Source: Arenicellales bacterium (GTDB taxonomy: Bacteria > Pseudomonadota > Gammaproteobacteria > Arenicellales > JAJDZL01). From it: DNA of 64,000 nucleotides. Where the stretch lies: contig CBDBBP010000004.1 in assembly GCA_965202855.1 (NCBI GenBank), forward strand, positions 807,776 to 871,775, read 5' to 3'. Positions 9,637-19,320 of this stretch are shown here, one piece after another; position 1 is the stretch's first letter; each line of letters starts with the position of its first letter. The notes under the pieces are model-generated. The model was given only the letters and a program-made list of their open reading frames with translations, ran no database searches and had not been told where the DNA came from. Both the position numbers and the translations under genes were made by a program.

Positions 9637-11697
9637 TCAGACCGCGGGCATTTCACGCAGAAAGGGCACTTCTCGCTCATCCGCTCGCTCACCGAGCTGC
9701 CGCGCCCAGTGATGACCAGAATACACCGCAGCTGCAATCGTTCCAGGAACGAAACAATCACCAATGCAGTCAGCCGAACGAACACTCGAGTCGGAGAATC
9801 TTGAGCTGTCTGCCATTAGTTGCTGATAGAGTTTGTCGTTGGCCAACTGGGCAGTTACCAACACTGCCGAATCACATTCCAGCGCCAGAGAATCTCGGGT
9901 ATAGACACACTGAATCTCAACTCCGCCTTCATGGACAGCTTTCAATGATCGACAGGTATGAATTGAAACTCCCAAATTCAATAGCCGTTCCTGTATCGCA
10001 TGCTGTTCAAGAGTGAAGTGAGTAGAATGTGAAACATCAGCGGCAGGCGTTACGAGGGAAACACTTGCGCCTTGCTGTCGCAGTTTTTCCGCAATCACTC
10101 CTCCCATATAAAAATGATTGTCGTCATAGACGACAATTTTTCCATTCAATTCGGCTCCGTCCAGGATGTCATCCGCTGAAAACACAGAACTCCGATCCGT
10201 TCCGGGTATGGGAAACAAGTGTTCTTGCCCAACTCCATCTTTGCGCCATTTCGCCCCCGTCGCCAGCACTACGCGCTCAGCTCCGAATTCGAAGATGTCA
10301 TCAGCGTTCAAGGCGCTTGCCGGATATAGATCAACATTGACCAATTGCTGCAGCTGCTGCAGTCGATAATCTCGAACTCTAGACCAGGCGCTCAATCCCG
10401 GCAATTGACTTTCTCGACTGACTCGGCCACCGAAACTGTTTTCAGAATCGACCAAAGTCACTTTATGCCCTCGCTTACCTGAACTGACTGCGCATTCTAA
10501 GCCGGCAGGACCTGCGCCAACGATCAAAATTGAGTCTTGATTCCTGGCCGGAGGGATGATTTCCGGGTGCCATCCACGTCGCCACTCTTCACCCATCGTT
10601 GGATTTTGCGTGCAACGAATGGGAGTGATCGTGTAGTCTCCCGAAACACAGATATTGCAGCCGATACACTCGCGAATATCCTCTAATCTCCCCTCTTCAA
10701 TTTTCTTCGGCAAAAATGGATCGGCGATTGAAGGTCGAGCTGCACCGATCATATCGAGTATGCCCCGCCGAACTTGTGAAACCATGGTATCGGGGGAAGT
10801 AAATCGTCCGACTCCCACGACAGGTTTTGTGGTTACCTGCTTTACTCTCTGTACAAAAGGTTCCTGAAATCCTTCCGGTTGAAAGCGGGAAGTCGCAGAA
10901 TCATTACTCCAGTCACTAACATTGACATCCCATATGTCGGGCAATTCAGCGAGCATGCTGACAACTTCAATACCTTCTTCATCGCACTGCAGTCCGTCAG
11001 AACCCATTAGTTCATCCAACATAAAACGAACAGCAATCGCACAAGAAGCGCCCACGGCTTCTTTGGCATCCAATATCAGCTCTTTCATAAATCTCACACG
11101 ATTTTCGAGGGAGCCTCCATACTCATCCGTTCTCTGGTTGGTCCGGCGTGATAGAAACTGAGTTGGCAGTGTGAGCATGTGGGCAGCATAGACGTAAATG
11201 ATGTCATAGCCAATCGCTTGCGCCCGCTTCGCTGCCTTGCAGTAAATTTTGCGCATCTCCCGAATGTCGCGTTTGGTCATGCCGCGAGCATTGATTGTTC
11301 CAAATCCTTCTATAGCAATCGGTGAAGGAGCAAGCGCTGCTGTTCTTGCATAGTGGTTCGAAGCCTGGCCCCCAGAATGAGCAAGTTCGCAGGCAGCAAG
11401 AGAACCGTGCTCATGTACCGCGTCAACCATTAATCGATGTTGGGGAATATCGGCATCATCCCATAGCCGCTGTTCAGAATATGGGGCGATGTCAGAGGAA
11501 TAATGGATATCACACTCTTCAGTAGAGACGACCGCCCAACCTCCCTCTGCTTTCATTCCGCGCATTGCGGCAGCTGTTTTTGGTCTCAGGTGCCCCATCC
11601 CTGCACAGTGAGGAACCTGGTAAAACCGATTGCGCGCGACAACCGGCCCAATCTGAACCGGCTCAAAAAGAATATCGTAACGCGAGTCTCGAGTCAT
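9637..11697 (-). CDS. Trimethylamine/dimethylamine/histamine dehydrogenase-family Fe-S flavoprotein (amine dehydrogenase, paralog 1)
   Basis: 686 aa. DILFEPVQIGPVVARNRFYQVPHC, ARPSIADPFLPKKIEEGRLEDIRECIGCNICVS...CTQNPTMGEEWRRGWHPE and a C-terminal GAGPAG ADP-binding fold are collinear with Methylophilus TMADH as I recall it. Confidence 0.85.
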   Translation of the reverse strand: MTRDSRYDILFEPVQIGPVVARNRFYQVPHCAGMGHLRPKTAAAMRGMKAEGGWAVVSTEECDIHYSSDIAPYSEQRLWDDADIPQHRLMVDAVHEHGSLAACELAHSGGQASNHYARTAALAPSPIAIEGFGTINARGMTKRDIREMRKIYCKAAKRAQAIGYDIIYVYAAHMLTLPTQFLSRRTNQRTDEYGGSLENRVRFMKELILDAKEAVGASCAIAVRFMLDELMGSDGLQCDEEGIEVVSMLAELPDIWDVNVSDWSNDSATSRFQPEGFQEPFVQRVKQVTTKPVVGVGRFTSPDTMVSQVRRGILDMIGAARPSIADPFLPKKIEEGRLEDIRECIGCNICVSGDYTITPIRCTQNPTMGEEWRRGWHPEIIPPARNQDSILIVGAGPAGLECAVSSGKRGHKVTLVDSENSFGGRVSRESQLPGLSAWSRVRDYRLQQLQQLVNVDLYPASALNADDIFEFGAERVVLATGAKWRKDGVGQEHLFPIPGTDRSSVFSADDILDGAELNGKIVVYDDNHFYMGGVIAEKLRQQGASVSLVTPAADVSHSTHFTLEQHAIQERLLNLGVSIHTCRSLKAVHEGGVEIQCVYTRDSLALECDSAVLVTAQLANDKLYQQLMADSSRFSDSSVRSADCIGDCFVPGTIAAAVYSGHHWARQLGERADEREVPFLREMPAV

Positions 11698-11794
11698 GGA
11701 GGATTACCGTGCGAAAGCAAAAATGCAGTTTGTGGCGATTATCTTGTGTCCGATAAGTTTCTGATCGAATTCCGCACTCGATCAATTCAGAACG

Positions 11795-13189
11795 TCAACC
11801 GTTCCAAAGACCTTCTCGAACCAAATCACTCATCGTCATCTCTATCCCTTGTCTCAAAATATCCACAGTTTCATCCACTTGCTCGCGACTTAGAATCAGA
11901 GGAGGCGAAAGCACGTTCAGATGCGCGATGGGGCGTACGATCAGGCCGAGCGTTTGACAGCGGGCAGCAATTCGATCACCAATTCGAACCGATTCGTCAA
12001 ATATTTCTTTGGTTTCAGGGTTCTTGACGTTTTCCACACACATCATGAAACACTTGCCGCGGACGTCTCCCACGATCGGCAATTCTCGGAGCGTATCCAG
12101 CTGTTCCTCGAAATAAGGCCCTACCTCGCGAACATGTTCACAAATCTGATCACGCTCAATGATCTCGATATTTTTTAGAGCAGCTCGGCAACAAACCGGA
12201 TGTCCGGAATAAGTAAACCCATGTGTGAACAATCCATGCTCGCTAGGAGCGCTGATCACTTCATAAATTTCATCCGATAAAAGAGTCGCGGACAGTGGCA
12301 AATAACCTGATGAAAGTCCTTTTGCAGCAGTAATGATGTCAGGTTTAATTCCGAAGACGGGCTCTGACGACAGCATGTGTCCGATTCGACCGAATCCGGT
12401 TACCACTTCGTCGGAAATATACAAAACTCCATACTCTTTACAAACTTCCAACGTTCGTCGATGATAGCCATCGGGAGGGACAATCACACCGCCCGCGCCC
12501 ATAATTGGCTCAGCGATGAAAGCCGCCACATTATCTTCGCCGAGACTGACGATTTCCTGTTCTAATTCATCAATTAGAAAATCACAGAATTCTTCGTTCG
12601 ACATGTCATCAGGTTTGCGATATGGATTTGGACAAGAAACATAGCTTACCAGTCCAGGCGCCAAATCAAATCCAATGTGATCTGCTTCAACTCCAGTAAG
12701 TGTCATCGTTAGATAGGTGCTGCCGTGGTACGCATCACGCCGAGAGATAATTTTCTTCTTGGATGATTTGCCAAGACGGTTAAAGTAGTAGTGAATAATA
12801 CGTACTGCAGTGTCATTTGCCATGGAACCGCCCGAACCGTAGAACACATGGCTCATATTATCGGGAGCGATTTCGGCCAATTTGGCGGCAAGTTCTGCCG
12901 ACGGAGGAGTAGTCAGATGGTTAAAGGATGAGTAATACGGAATCGCACGCACCTGATCTGCAATGGCCTGCGCCATTTCTTCGCTTCCATATCCTATGTT
13001 CACGCACCATAATCCGCCAATTCCATCAATGTAGCGTCCACCATCGCTGTCATAGACATAGGGGCCATTGGCTTCTGCAACAACTAGTGACCCTTCATCG
13101 TGAAAAACTGAAAAATCAGTCCATGGATGGATGTAATGATCCCTGTCTTTGGTCCATAAATCCTGGGTGTCATATTTTTTTTTCAGCAT
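11795..13189 (-). CDS. Class III (omega) PLP-dependent aminotransferase, amine:pyruvate type
   Basis: 464 aa. Motifs: DGIGGLWCVNIGYG, SGGSMANDTA, ISDEVVTGFGRIG, and PLP-Lys context ITAAKGLSSGY. Confidence 0.9.
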   Translation of the reverse strand: MLKKKYDTQDLWTKDRDHYIHPWTDFSVFHDEGSLVVAEANGPYVYDSDGGRYIDGIGGLWCVNIGYGSEEMAQAIADQVRAIPYYSSFNHLTTPPSAELAAKLAEIAPDNMSHVFYGSGGSMANDTAVRIIHYYFNRLGKSSKKKIISRRDAYHGSTYLTMTLTGVEADHIGFDLAPGLVSYVSCPNPYRKPDDMSNEEFCDFLIDELEQEIVSLGEDNVAAFIAEPIMGAGGVIVPPDGYHRRTLEVCKEYGVLYISDEVVTGFGRIGHMLSSEPVFGIKPDIITAAKGLSSGYLPLSATLLSDEIYEVISAPSEHGLFTHGFTYSGHPVCCRAALKNIEIIERDQICEHVREVGPYFEEQLDTLRELPIVGDVRGKCFMMCVENVKNPETKEIFDESVRIGDRIAARCQTLGLIVRPIAHLNVLSPPLILSREQVDETVDILRQGIEMTMSDLVREGLWNG

Positions 13190-13244
13190 ATCTACCTCTT
13201 TCTAACTCTATAAACAAATGTTTTTTGTGTGTTGAGGAACCCGC

Positions 13245-13664
13245 TCAACAGCAATCGGCGGACTTAACAGCAATGACATCAATTTCCATCACCCACTCTG
13301 GTTTTGCCAACCCTTGTACGATTAGGCCCGTCGATACCGGGAATACACCCTTCAGCCAACACCCAATCACTTGGTAAACCGCCTCGCGATAGGCGCGGTC
13401 TGTAATGTAGACGGTAATCTTGCAAATGTCGCTCAGGCTCGAACCTGCCTCGTCCAGCAATTGCTTTACGTTGCGCATGGCTTGGTCCGCTTGCGCGGCG
13501 GGGTCGCCGGCGCCGACTACATTACCGTCAAAATCACTGCCAACCTGACCCCTTAAAAAAACCAAATTGCCAGCGATCACGACCTGGCACAAGTCATTGT
13601 CCAAAACTTGGTCGGAATAGGTATCTTTGGTGTTGAATTTTCTTAGTCTAACGTGCTCGCTCAT
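13245..13664 (-). CDS. RidA/YjgF/UK114-family reactive-intermediate deaminase
   Basis: 139 aa. GNLVFLRGQVG...AQADQAMRNVKQLLDEAGSSLSDICKITVYI...VMEIDVIAV is the typical RidA fold pattern. Confidence 0.85.
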   Translation of the reverse strand: MSEHVRLRKFNTKDTYSDQVLDNDLCQVVIAGNLVFLRGQVGSDFDGNVVGAGDPAAQADQAMRNVKQLLDEAGSSLSDICKITVYITDRAYREAVYQVIGCWLKGVFPVSTGLIVQGLAKPEWVMEIDVIAVKSADCC

Positions 13665-13681
13665 GGTCTTGTCATCAAAAT

Positions 13682-15133
13682 TTAAGAAATGGTAATTCGG
13701 TCGCTTAAATTTGCCGCTTTTTTGACGAACCTCAGCGCCTCTTTAAAATCGAAGTTCATGTAGACGGCATTCAAATGCGCAAATGGAGGGGACTGTGCGA
13801 ACAGCTGAAACGTCAGTTTATGATTAGCGTAATCGGAATTCAAAAGATCCCTGGCCGTAGCCAGCAATTTACGCCGGTCCTCGAACAGCCACTCTTCATT
13901 GATTGAATAGTATTTCTCCAGCCAAGGCTTAATTTCATCTGTCTGAAAATTTACGTAATCAGGTGTCAAACAGATTTGCCCACCACACAGCTCTCGGGCC
14001 AAATGCATCATATTCGGCAGTTGAGAACATGCTAGAACACGCCCTGTGTAAAGCAGAGATTGGTTGGGCATAAGCAGCCCTTTGGGACTTCGTTGCGCAG
14101 TTGCGATGGAGGCCGTAAGATGAGCGTTGATGCCTTCCCTGTAACACACGAGCTGCGCTAGTTTTTCGCGAACCGCCTGCTGCTTGTCCAGTCCGGTCTG
14201 CCGTACATTGAACATGGCAACGCCAATCAGCATATCAGCAATTTTCTGTATCCTCTGAACAAATGCAAACGCACTATAGCGATGCAATGTCGCTCGAATA
14301 AAAGTGGCTGCTCGGGTGTGCTGGTAGAACAGCACATCCTCCCAGGGAATCAACACATCATCAAATATCATCAATGTATCAATTTCGTCAAATCCGTTCG
14401 CCAGAGGATAATCCTCAGCCGCTGACCGACCTTGAAATCCCGTACGACAAAGGTGAGTTAAACCTTTGGCGTTCATTCGCACAATTACTCCAAGTGCGTA
14501 ATCGGATAGTTTCTGATCACCCCAGTTGGCAATGGTCGGTTTCACGAACGCCTGATCGGCATATGCTGCGGCTGTTTCATACTTCGCGCCACGAATGATC
14601 AATCCAGAATCAGTCTCTTTTACAACGTGCAACAGCATATCTGGATCTTGATCCTGGGGCCGTTTCGAACGGTCTCCTTTCGGGTCGGTATTCGCAGATA
14701 CATGAAAAACATCGTTCTGGATGACAGCATCGATGTGATTTTTGATGTTTTCTGCAAAGCGAGGGTCAATTTCCGATAGTACGTCACTGCCGTCATAGAG
14801 GGACCACATCTCACCAACGGTTTCATCGCCGACACGAGTGACGACACCCCCGATATCATCTAAAATCATGTCGACTGCTTTTCTTCGATGGTGCCAATCC
14901 TCCTGAACGTATGGCATCTTGAGAATGATGGCGCTAGGATCTCCGCTGCTGTCTTTGTAGGTGAGGAATTCACGAGTTTTTTCTTCGTGTTGAAGATCAA
15001 AAATTCTCGCCCGGACATCTACAATGGGCTTGAACGATGGATGGGTTGTCACATCGTCAACCCGCTCACCATCAATCCAGACCTCACGACCGTCTTTCAG
15101 CGACTTCCGATATTGATTGCCTGTACGCAACAT
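13682..15133 (-). CDS. HpaB-family (4-hydroxyphenylacetate 3-monooxygenase oxygenase component-like) flavin-dependent monooxygenase
   Basis: 483 aa. The N-terminus MLRTGNQYRKSLKDGREVWIDGERVDDVTTHP and overall length are typical of the HpaB / 4-hydroxybutyryl-CoA dehydratase superfamily. Confidence 0.8.
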   Translation of the reverse strand: MLRTGNQYRKSLKDGREVWIDGERVDDVTTHPSFKPIVDVRARIFDLQHEEKTREFLTYKDSSGDPSAIILKMPYVQEDWHHRRKAVDMILDDIGGVVTRVGDETVGEMWSLYDGSDVLSEIDPRFAENIKNHIDAVIQNDVFHVSANTDPKGDRSKRPQDQDPDMLLHVVKETDSGLIIRGAKYETAAAYADQAFVKPTIANWGDQKLSDYALGVIVRMNAKGLTHLCRTGFQGRSAAEDYPLANGFDEIDTLMIFDDVLIPWEDVLFYQHTRAATFIRATLHRYSAFAFVQRIQKIADMLIGVAMFNVRQTGLDKQQAVREKLAQLVCYREGINAHLTASIATAQRSPKGLLMPNQSLLYTGRVLACSQLPNMMHLARELCGGQICLTPDYVNFQTDEIKPWLEKYYSINEEWLFEDRRKLLATARDLLNSDYANHKLTFQLFAQSPPFAHLNAVYMNFDFKEALRFVKKAANLSDRITIS

Positions 15134-15308
15134 GTTGATGTTCTCCTAGCTAATTTTACAGTCCAGTTTCTTTGCTGCAAATCACTTTGCCAATCGAAAT
15201 TAAAATATTCAACTATACTATATAAATAGGGTTATCAGCAGACCGAACAATGCTTGATCAATCTTTCCAAACTGCGAGACAGAAAATCGACTTGAGGGAC
15301 AAATAGAT

Positions 15309-15337
15309 AAAAAAAAGGCCACCAGAGGCTGGTGGCC
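15309..15337 (-). terminator. Rho-independent terminator after the DUF1127 gene
   Basis: On the minus strand GGCCACCAG-CCT-CTGGTGGCC (9 bp perfect stem) is followed by a run of eight T. It lies 38 nt past the stop at 15375. Confidence 0.85.
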
Positions 15338-15374
15338 ATAATGTAGGAGGATAAAGCTACTAAATGAGAATCGG

Positions 15375-15677
15375 TCAGGCAGCAAGTCGGTCTGTCGGCA
15401 CTGCATGTCCCTCAACCGGAGTGATATTGGTAATTGTTGGTTCGACCACTCTGTTTGTTGCCCTATTTAAGTTTGAGTTGACAACATCCTTTATTGAATG
15501 TCTCGGAATGCCAATGTCGTATAGTTGAGCGTCATTCAAGCTCTCCAGTGTTCGGATTGCTTTTCTTCGTGTTACAGAATTTTTGTACGCAAGCCATACT
15601 CGACTGGTCATGCTTCCGACTTTAATGTATTGGTTAGCACGCCGATATGGGCGGATATCAATGGTGTTGTTTATCAT
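15375..15677 (-). CDS. DUF1127-domain small protein
   Basis: The core ...RRKAIRTLESLNDAQLYDIGIPRHSIKD matches the DUF1127 signature (L..LsD..L.DIGi.R.dI). The real start may be the internal Met (MTSRVWLAYK...). Confidence 0.7.
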   Translation of the reverse strand: MINNTIDIRPYRRANQYIKVGSMTSRVWLAYKNSVTRRKAIRTLESLNDAQLYDIGIPRHSIKDVVNSNLNRATNRVVEPTITNITPVEGHAVPTDRLAA

Positions 15678-15729
15678 TTCTGTATACCCTTTTGTTTACA
15701 GCAAACAGCTGACCTAAGATAAATGTTCG

Positions 15730-15816
15730 TTAAGCGACGATATGGGTGAGTAAAAGTACCACGATTACCGCGCCGATAAATGAGATTCCTACTCGATCAT
15801 GAATATTTTGAAACAT
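15730..15816 (-). CDS. Candidate 28 aa hydrophobic micropeptide
   Basis: My own translation is MFQNIHDRVGISFIGAVIVVLLLTHIVA, with GGAG 7 nt upstream of the ATG. It lies 52 nt upstream of the DUF1127 ORF. It is below the ORF-track cutoff and there is no homology evidence. Confidence 0.3.
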   Translation of the reverse strand: MFQNIHDRVGISFIGAVIVVLLLTHIVA

Positions 15817-16260
15817 TGTTCTACTCCAAATTTCAGGGGACCAATTAATCTGTTCGTTTGAATCAGTGTTAATTTTTTTTCCATAAAAATTGTTCATCTG
15901 ACTACACAATAATTTAATCCATTTTCCAAATTTTTCAAGTGATCAATTTTCCTTTATGCATGAGTATTTATTCATCCAACCGATTTAATATATTTTCTGT
16001 ATACCATTGATTTGTAAGAATTTATATGTTGAGTTGATCATATTATCAAATTTTCATGCAATAAACTCTACTCATAGCGCAATGAATGTTTGAGCTTATC
16101 CTGATAATTCGACTGTTCAAAAAGAAATACGGGCTGATTTCGCAGTGTTCAGCAGCAGTAATTCGCTTTCGAATTTCGGTTTTAAGTACAATGCGCTTGC
16201 TGACATCAGCATATCTTTCGGAAGGTTCATCACATCCACCAACGGCAGTCAATTAAATCC

Positions 16261-17667
16261 ATGGCAAGAGGAACGCTTTATAACAAAATCTGGGATCAAC
16301 ACACTGTGTGCCAGCTCAGAACAGGACAATACCAGCTCTTTATCGGCTTGCATCTGATTCATGAAGTAACCAGTCCGCAGGCCTGCGACATGCTGCGAGA
16401 GCGCAACCTCAAGGTGAGTTTTCCAGATCGAACCATAGCGACCATTGATCACATCATTCCAACCCAAAATTCAGCGCGGCCTTATCAAGACGTTCAGGCT
16501 GAAGCGATGGCGCAGGCTCTGCACGAGAACACATCTGAATTCAAGATCCGCTACTTCGGGCAAGGCTCTGCTGAACAGGGAATCGTGCACGTCATTGGTC
16601 CAGAACTGGGAATGATCCAACCGGGCATGACTGTCGCCTGCGGCGACTCACATACCTCGACGCACGGCGCCTTCGGCACACTTGCCTTTGGAATCGGCAC
16701 CACTCAGGTAGGTGATGTGCTCGCCACACAGTGTTTAGCCATGGACCCGCTGAAAGTACGCAAGATCGTCATCGATGGCGAGCTCGCAAATGGAGTTTTC
16801 GCCAAAGATGTCATCCTTCATGTGATTCGGAAGTTGGGCGTCAAAGGCGGCATCGGTTATGCCTATGAATATGCAGGCTCGACCATTGAAGGCATGACCA
16901 TGGAAGAACGCATGACCGTCTGCAACATGTCCATTGAAGGCGGAGCAAGAGCCGGTTACATCAATCCAGATCAGATCACCTATGATTACCTGCGTGGACG
17001 CAGGTATGCGCCAAGTGCGGATTCGTGGGCGCGAGCGGTCGAGCATTGGGAATCGGTGCGTTCTGACGCGGATGCTCAATATGATGATGTTGTAAAGCTG
17101 AATGCGCAGGACATCGCCCCCTATGTGACATGGGGCATCAATCCAGGTCAGAGTGTCGGCATCAATGAGCATTTGCCCCATCCGAGCTCATTGTCTGCGG
17201 GCGAAGCCCAAACCGCTGAACGGGCCATCCAGCACATGAAGCTAACGCCAGGCCAGTCGATGAATGGCGTCAAAATTGACGTGGTTTTCATCGGCAGCTG
17301 CACCAACTCCCGAATTGAGGACCTGCGAGCGGCCGCCCGCATCGTAAAGGAGCAAAAAGTCGCAAGCGGAGTTCGCGCGATTGTCGTTCCCGGATCGCAG
17401 CAGGTGGCGGCACAGTCGGTCAAAGAAGGACTGGATCAGATTTTCGTCAAAGCCGGTCTGGAATGGCGAGAACCCGGCTGTTCGATGTGTCTTGCCATGA
17501 ACAATGACCGACTTCAAGGGGATGAGATTTGCGCGAGCACCAGCAATCGAAACTTCATCGGCCGTCAAGGCAGTCCAAGCGGAAGAACATTGCTGATGTC
17601 ACCACCGATGGCGGCAGCAGCTGCCATTGCCGGTGAAGTCACTGACATTCGAACTTTAGCGAACTGA
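16261..17667 (+). CDS. leuC: 3-isopropylmalate dehydratase large subunit (aconitase-family)
   Basis: 468 aa. Motifs: [26 protein letters not shown], and Fe-S Cys motifs GSCTNSR and CSMCLAMN. Confidence 0.93.
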   Translation: MARGTLYNKIWDQHTVCQLRTGQYQLFIGLHLIHEVTSPQACDMLRERNLKVSFPDRTIATIDHIIPTQNSARPYQDVQAEAMAQALHENTSEFKIRYFGQGSAEQGIVHVIGPELGMIQPGMTVACGDSHTSTHGAFGTLAFGIGTTQVGDVLATQCLAMDPLKVRKIVIDGELANGVFAKDVILHVIRKLGVKGGIGYAYEYAGSTIEGMTMEERMTVCNMSIEGGARAGYINPDQITYDYLRGRRYAPSADSWARAVEHWESVRSDADAQYDDVVKLNAQDIAPYVTWGINPGQSVGINEHLPHPSSLSAGEAQTAERAIQHMKLTPGQSMNGVKIDVVFIGSCTNSRIEDLRAAARIVKEQKVASGVRAIVVPGSQQVAAQSVKEGLDQIFVKAGLEWREPGCSMCLAMNNDRLQGDEICASTSNRNFIGRQGSPSGRTLLMSPPMAAAAAIAGEVTDIRTLAN

Positions 17668-17681
17668 TATGAACAATCAAC

Positions 17682-18293
17682 ATGGCAGACCTTAGAATTC
17701 AGTCCATTGCCGGCAAGGGCATTGTCGTTGGCGGAGACGATATTGATACTGACCGCATCATTCCCGCTAGGTTTTTGAAGGAGATCACCTTTGCCAATCT
17801 CGGTCGGTTTCCGTTTTACGATGAACGATTCAAACCAGACTTGAGCCAGACCAATCATCCGTTTAACGATCCAAGCCGCCGCGATGCGAAAATTCTTTTT
17901 GTAAACAAGAATTTCGGCTGCGGCTCAAGTCGGGAACATGCTCCCCAGTCACTGAAACGCTGGGGGATCGATGCCATCGTCGGCGAATCATTTGCTGAAA
18001 TCTTTGCCTCCAACTGCATCACTTTGGGGATCCCCGCAGTGACTGTCGGTGAAAATGACGCAAAGAAGGTCCAAAGCTGCGCATCGGCGAATGCAGACCT
18101 CATATGGACTGTCAATCTGAAAACTGCAACTGTCTCCTGTCGGGAACTGACGGTAGATTTTCACATGCAGGATCATCACAGAAACACTCTGATTGATGGC
18201 CTCTGGGACAGTACCTCGCTGCTCTTGGAAAATATGAGCGAGGTTCAAAAAGTGTACCAAAAACTACCGTACACCCAGAACTATCGGACCTAA
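17682..18293 (+). CDS. leuD: 3-isopropylmalate dehydratase small subunit
   Basis: 203 aa. Motifs DIDTDRIIPARFL and NFGCGSSREHAPQSL. It starts 14 nt after leuC. Confidence 0.9.
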   Translation: MADLRIQSIAGKGIVVGGDDIDTDRIIPARFLKEITFANLGRFPFYDERFKPDLSQTNHPFNDPSRRDAKILFVNKNFGCGSSREHAPQSLKRWGIDAIVGESFAEIFASNCITLGIPAVTVGENDAKKVQSCASANADLIWTVNLKTATVSCRELTVDFHMQDHHRNTLIDGLWDSTSLLLENMSEVQKVYQKLPYTQNYRT

Positions 18294-18297
18294 ACTG

Positions 18298-18855
18298 CTA
18301 TGGCAGGCGATGGCCTTGGCGCCATTTCCACGGTGGCATGAAACGGCCAGCCCAAATACCTCTCCTTGCAGCTCGAGCGATATGCTCTTCCAACACATAG
18401 CGATCAGAATATTTTCTAGCAGCCACGGCATGTCCATTTTTAACCAGCCAGGCGGACATATTTACGCCATCACTGAAATAGCAGGTTCCCAGTCTGCGGC
18501 TGTAACGATCGCGATCTTCCTGTAGATCGCATTTGACTGGAAGTCCATAAATTCGTTCGATTAGCGCCTGGGTGGCTGCTTGACCGCATCGGTATGGCTC
18601 ACCGGTGCTTCGACGGCAATATTGCTTCGTTTCAGGCGCATCAATTCCGGTAAAGCGAATGCGTTCTCCTCGAATGCTAATCGTATCAGCGTCGGATACG
18701 CGAGCATGACCGTACACAATTTCGCTTTGTGCTGGCGCAAAATATATGAGGAGCAAAAAGAATAGAATTAAGCTGACTGGACTTCCACTTCGAAAGCGAT
18801 TCGTACCAGGCTGGGAGTATAAAAATCGATTTACTTTGAAATTTTGGTTGTTCAC
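18298..18855 (-). CDS. Secreted/membrane-anchored thermonuclease (staphylococcal nuclease, SNase-like) family protein
   Basis: 185 aa. An N-terminal hydrophobic segment is followed by ARVSDADTISIRGERIRFTGIDAPE...RY.R.LG.C...G.N...LV..G.A. It is convergent with leuD, with only 4 nt between the stops. Confidence 0.8.
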   Translation of the reverse strand: MNNQNFKVNRFLYSQPGTNRFRSGSPVSLILFFLLLIYFAPAQSEIVYGHARVSDADTISIRGERIRFTGIDAPETKQYCRRSTGEPYRCGQAATQALIERIYGLPVKCDLQEDRDRYSRRLGTCYFSDGVNMSAWLVKNGHAVAARKYSDRYVLEEHIARAARRGIWAGRFMPPWKWRQGHRLP

Positions 18856-19320
18856 AAGTTCGCGGATAGATATTAGCTCGCCACATCTAAGTTCTACACA
18901 ATTATTTCCTCTAACTTACAATTCTAAATTTTCTATTGTGTAATTTGAACACGATTATATTTTCGAATTTCTCAGAAGTATAAATACCGAACAACAATCG
19001 AATTGGTGAAAGGGAGAGTAAAATAATAAACTACTTAAGCCGGCCAGAGTACTGGCAGTGGTTCAATTGCTCGTATCCTTTTTCATCTACGAGGATACAT
19101 GCCATAGATTATTTTACTCGGATAGCATCTCCAGCGATTGATACGAAATTGATATGCACAATTGCCCCAATATTGCGTACTAAGGCAAATTTGAAATTTC
19201 GCGGAATATTTTCAGTTGCAATAAACCACTGAATTCCGACTGACGGCTCGGCAGGATAGCTCGAGTTGCACCGTCAAAGCCCCAATCGATCACCGACCTT
19301 ATTACCGCAATACTGAAAAA

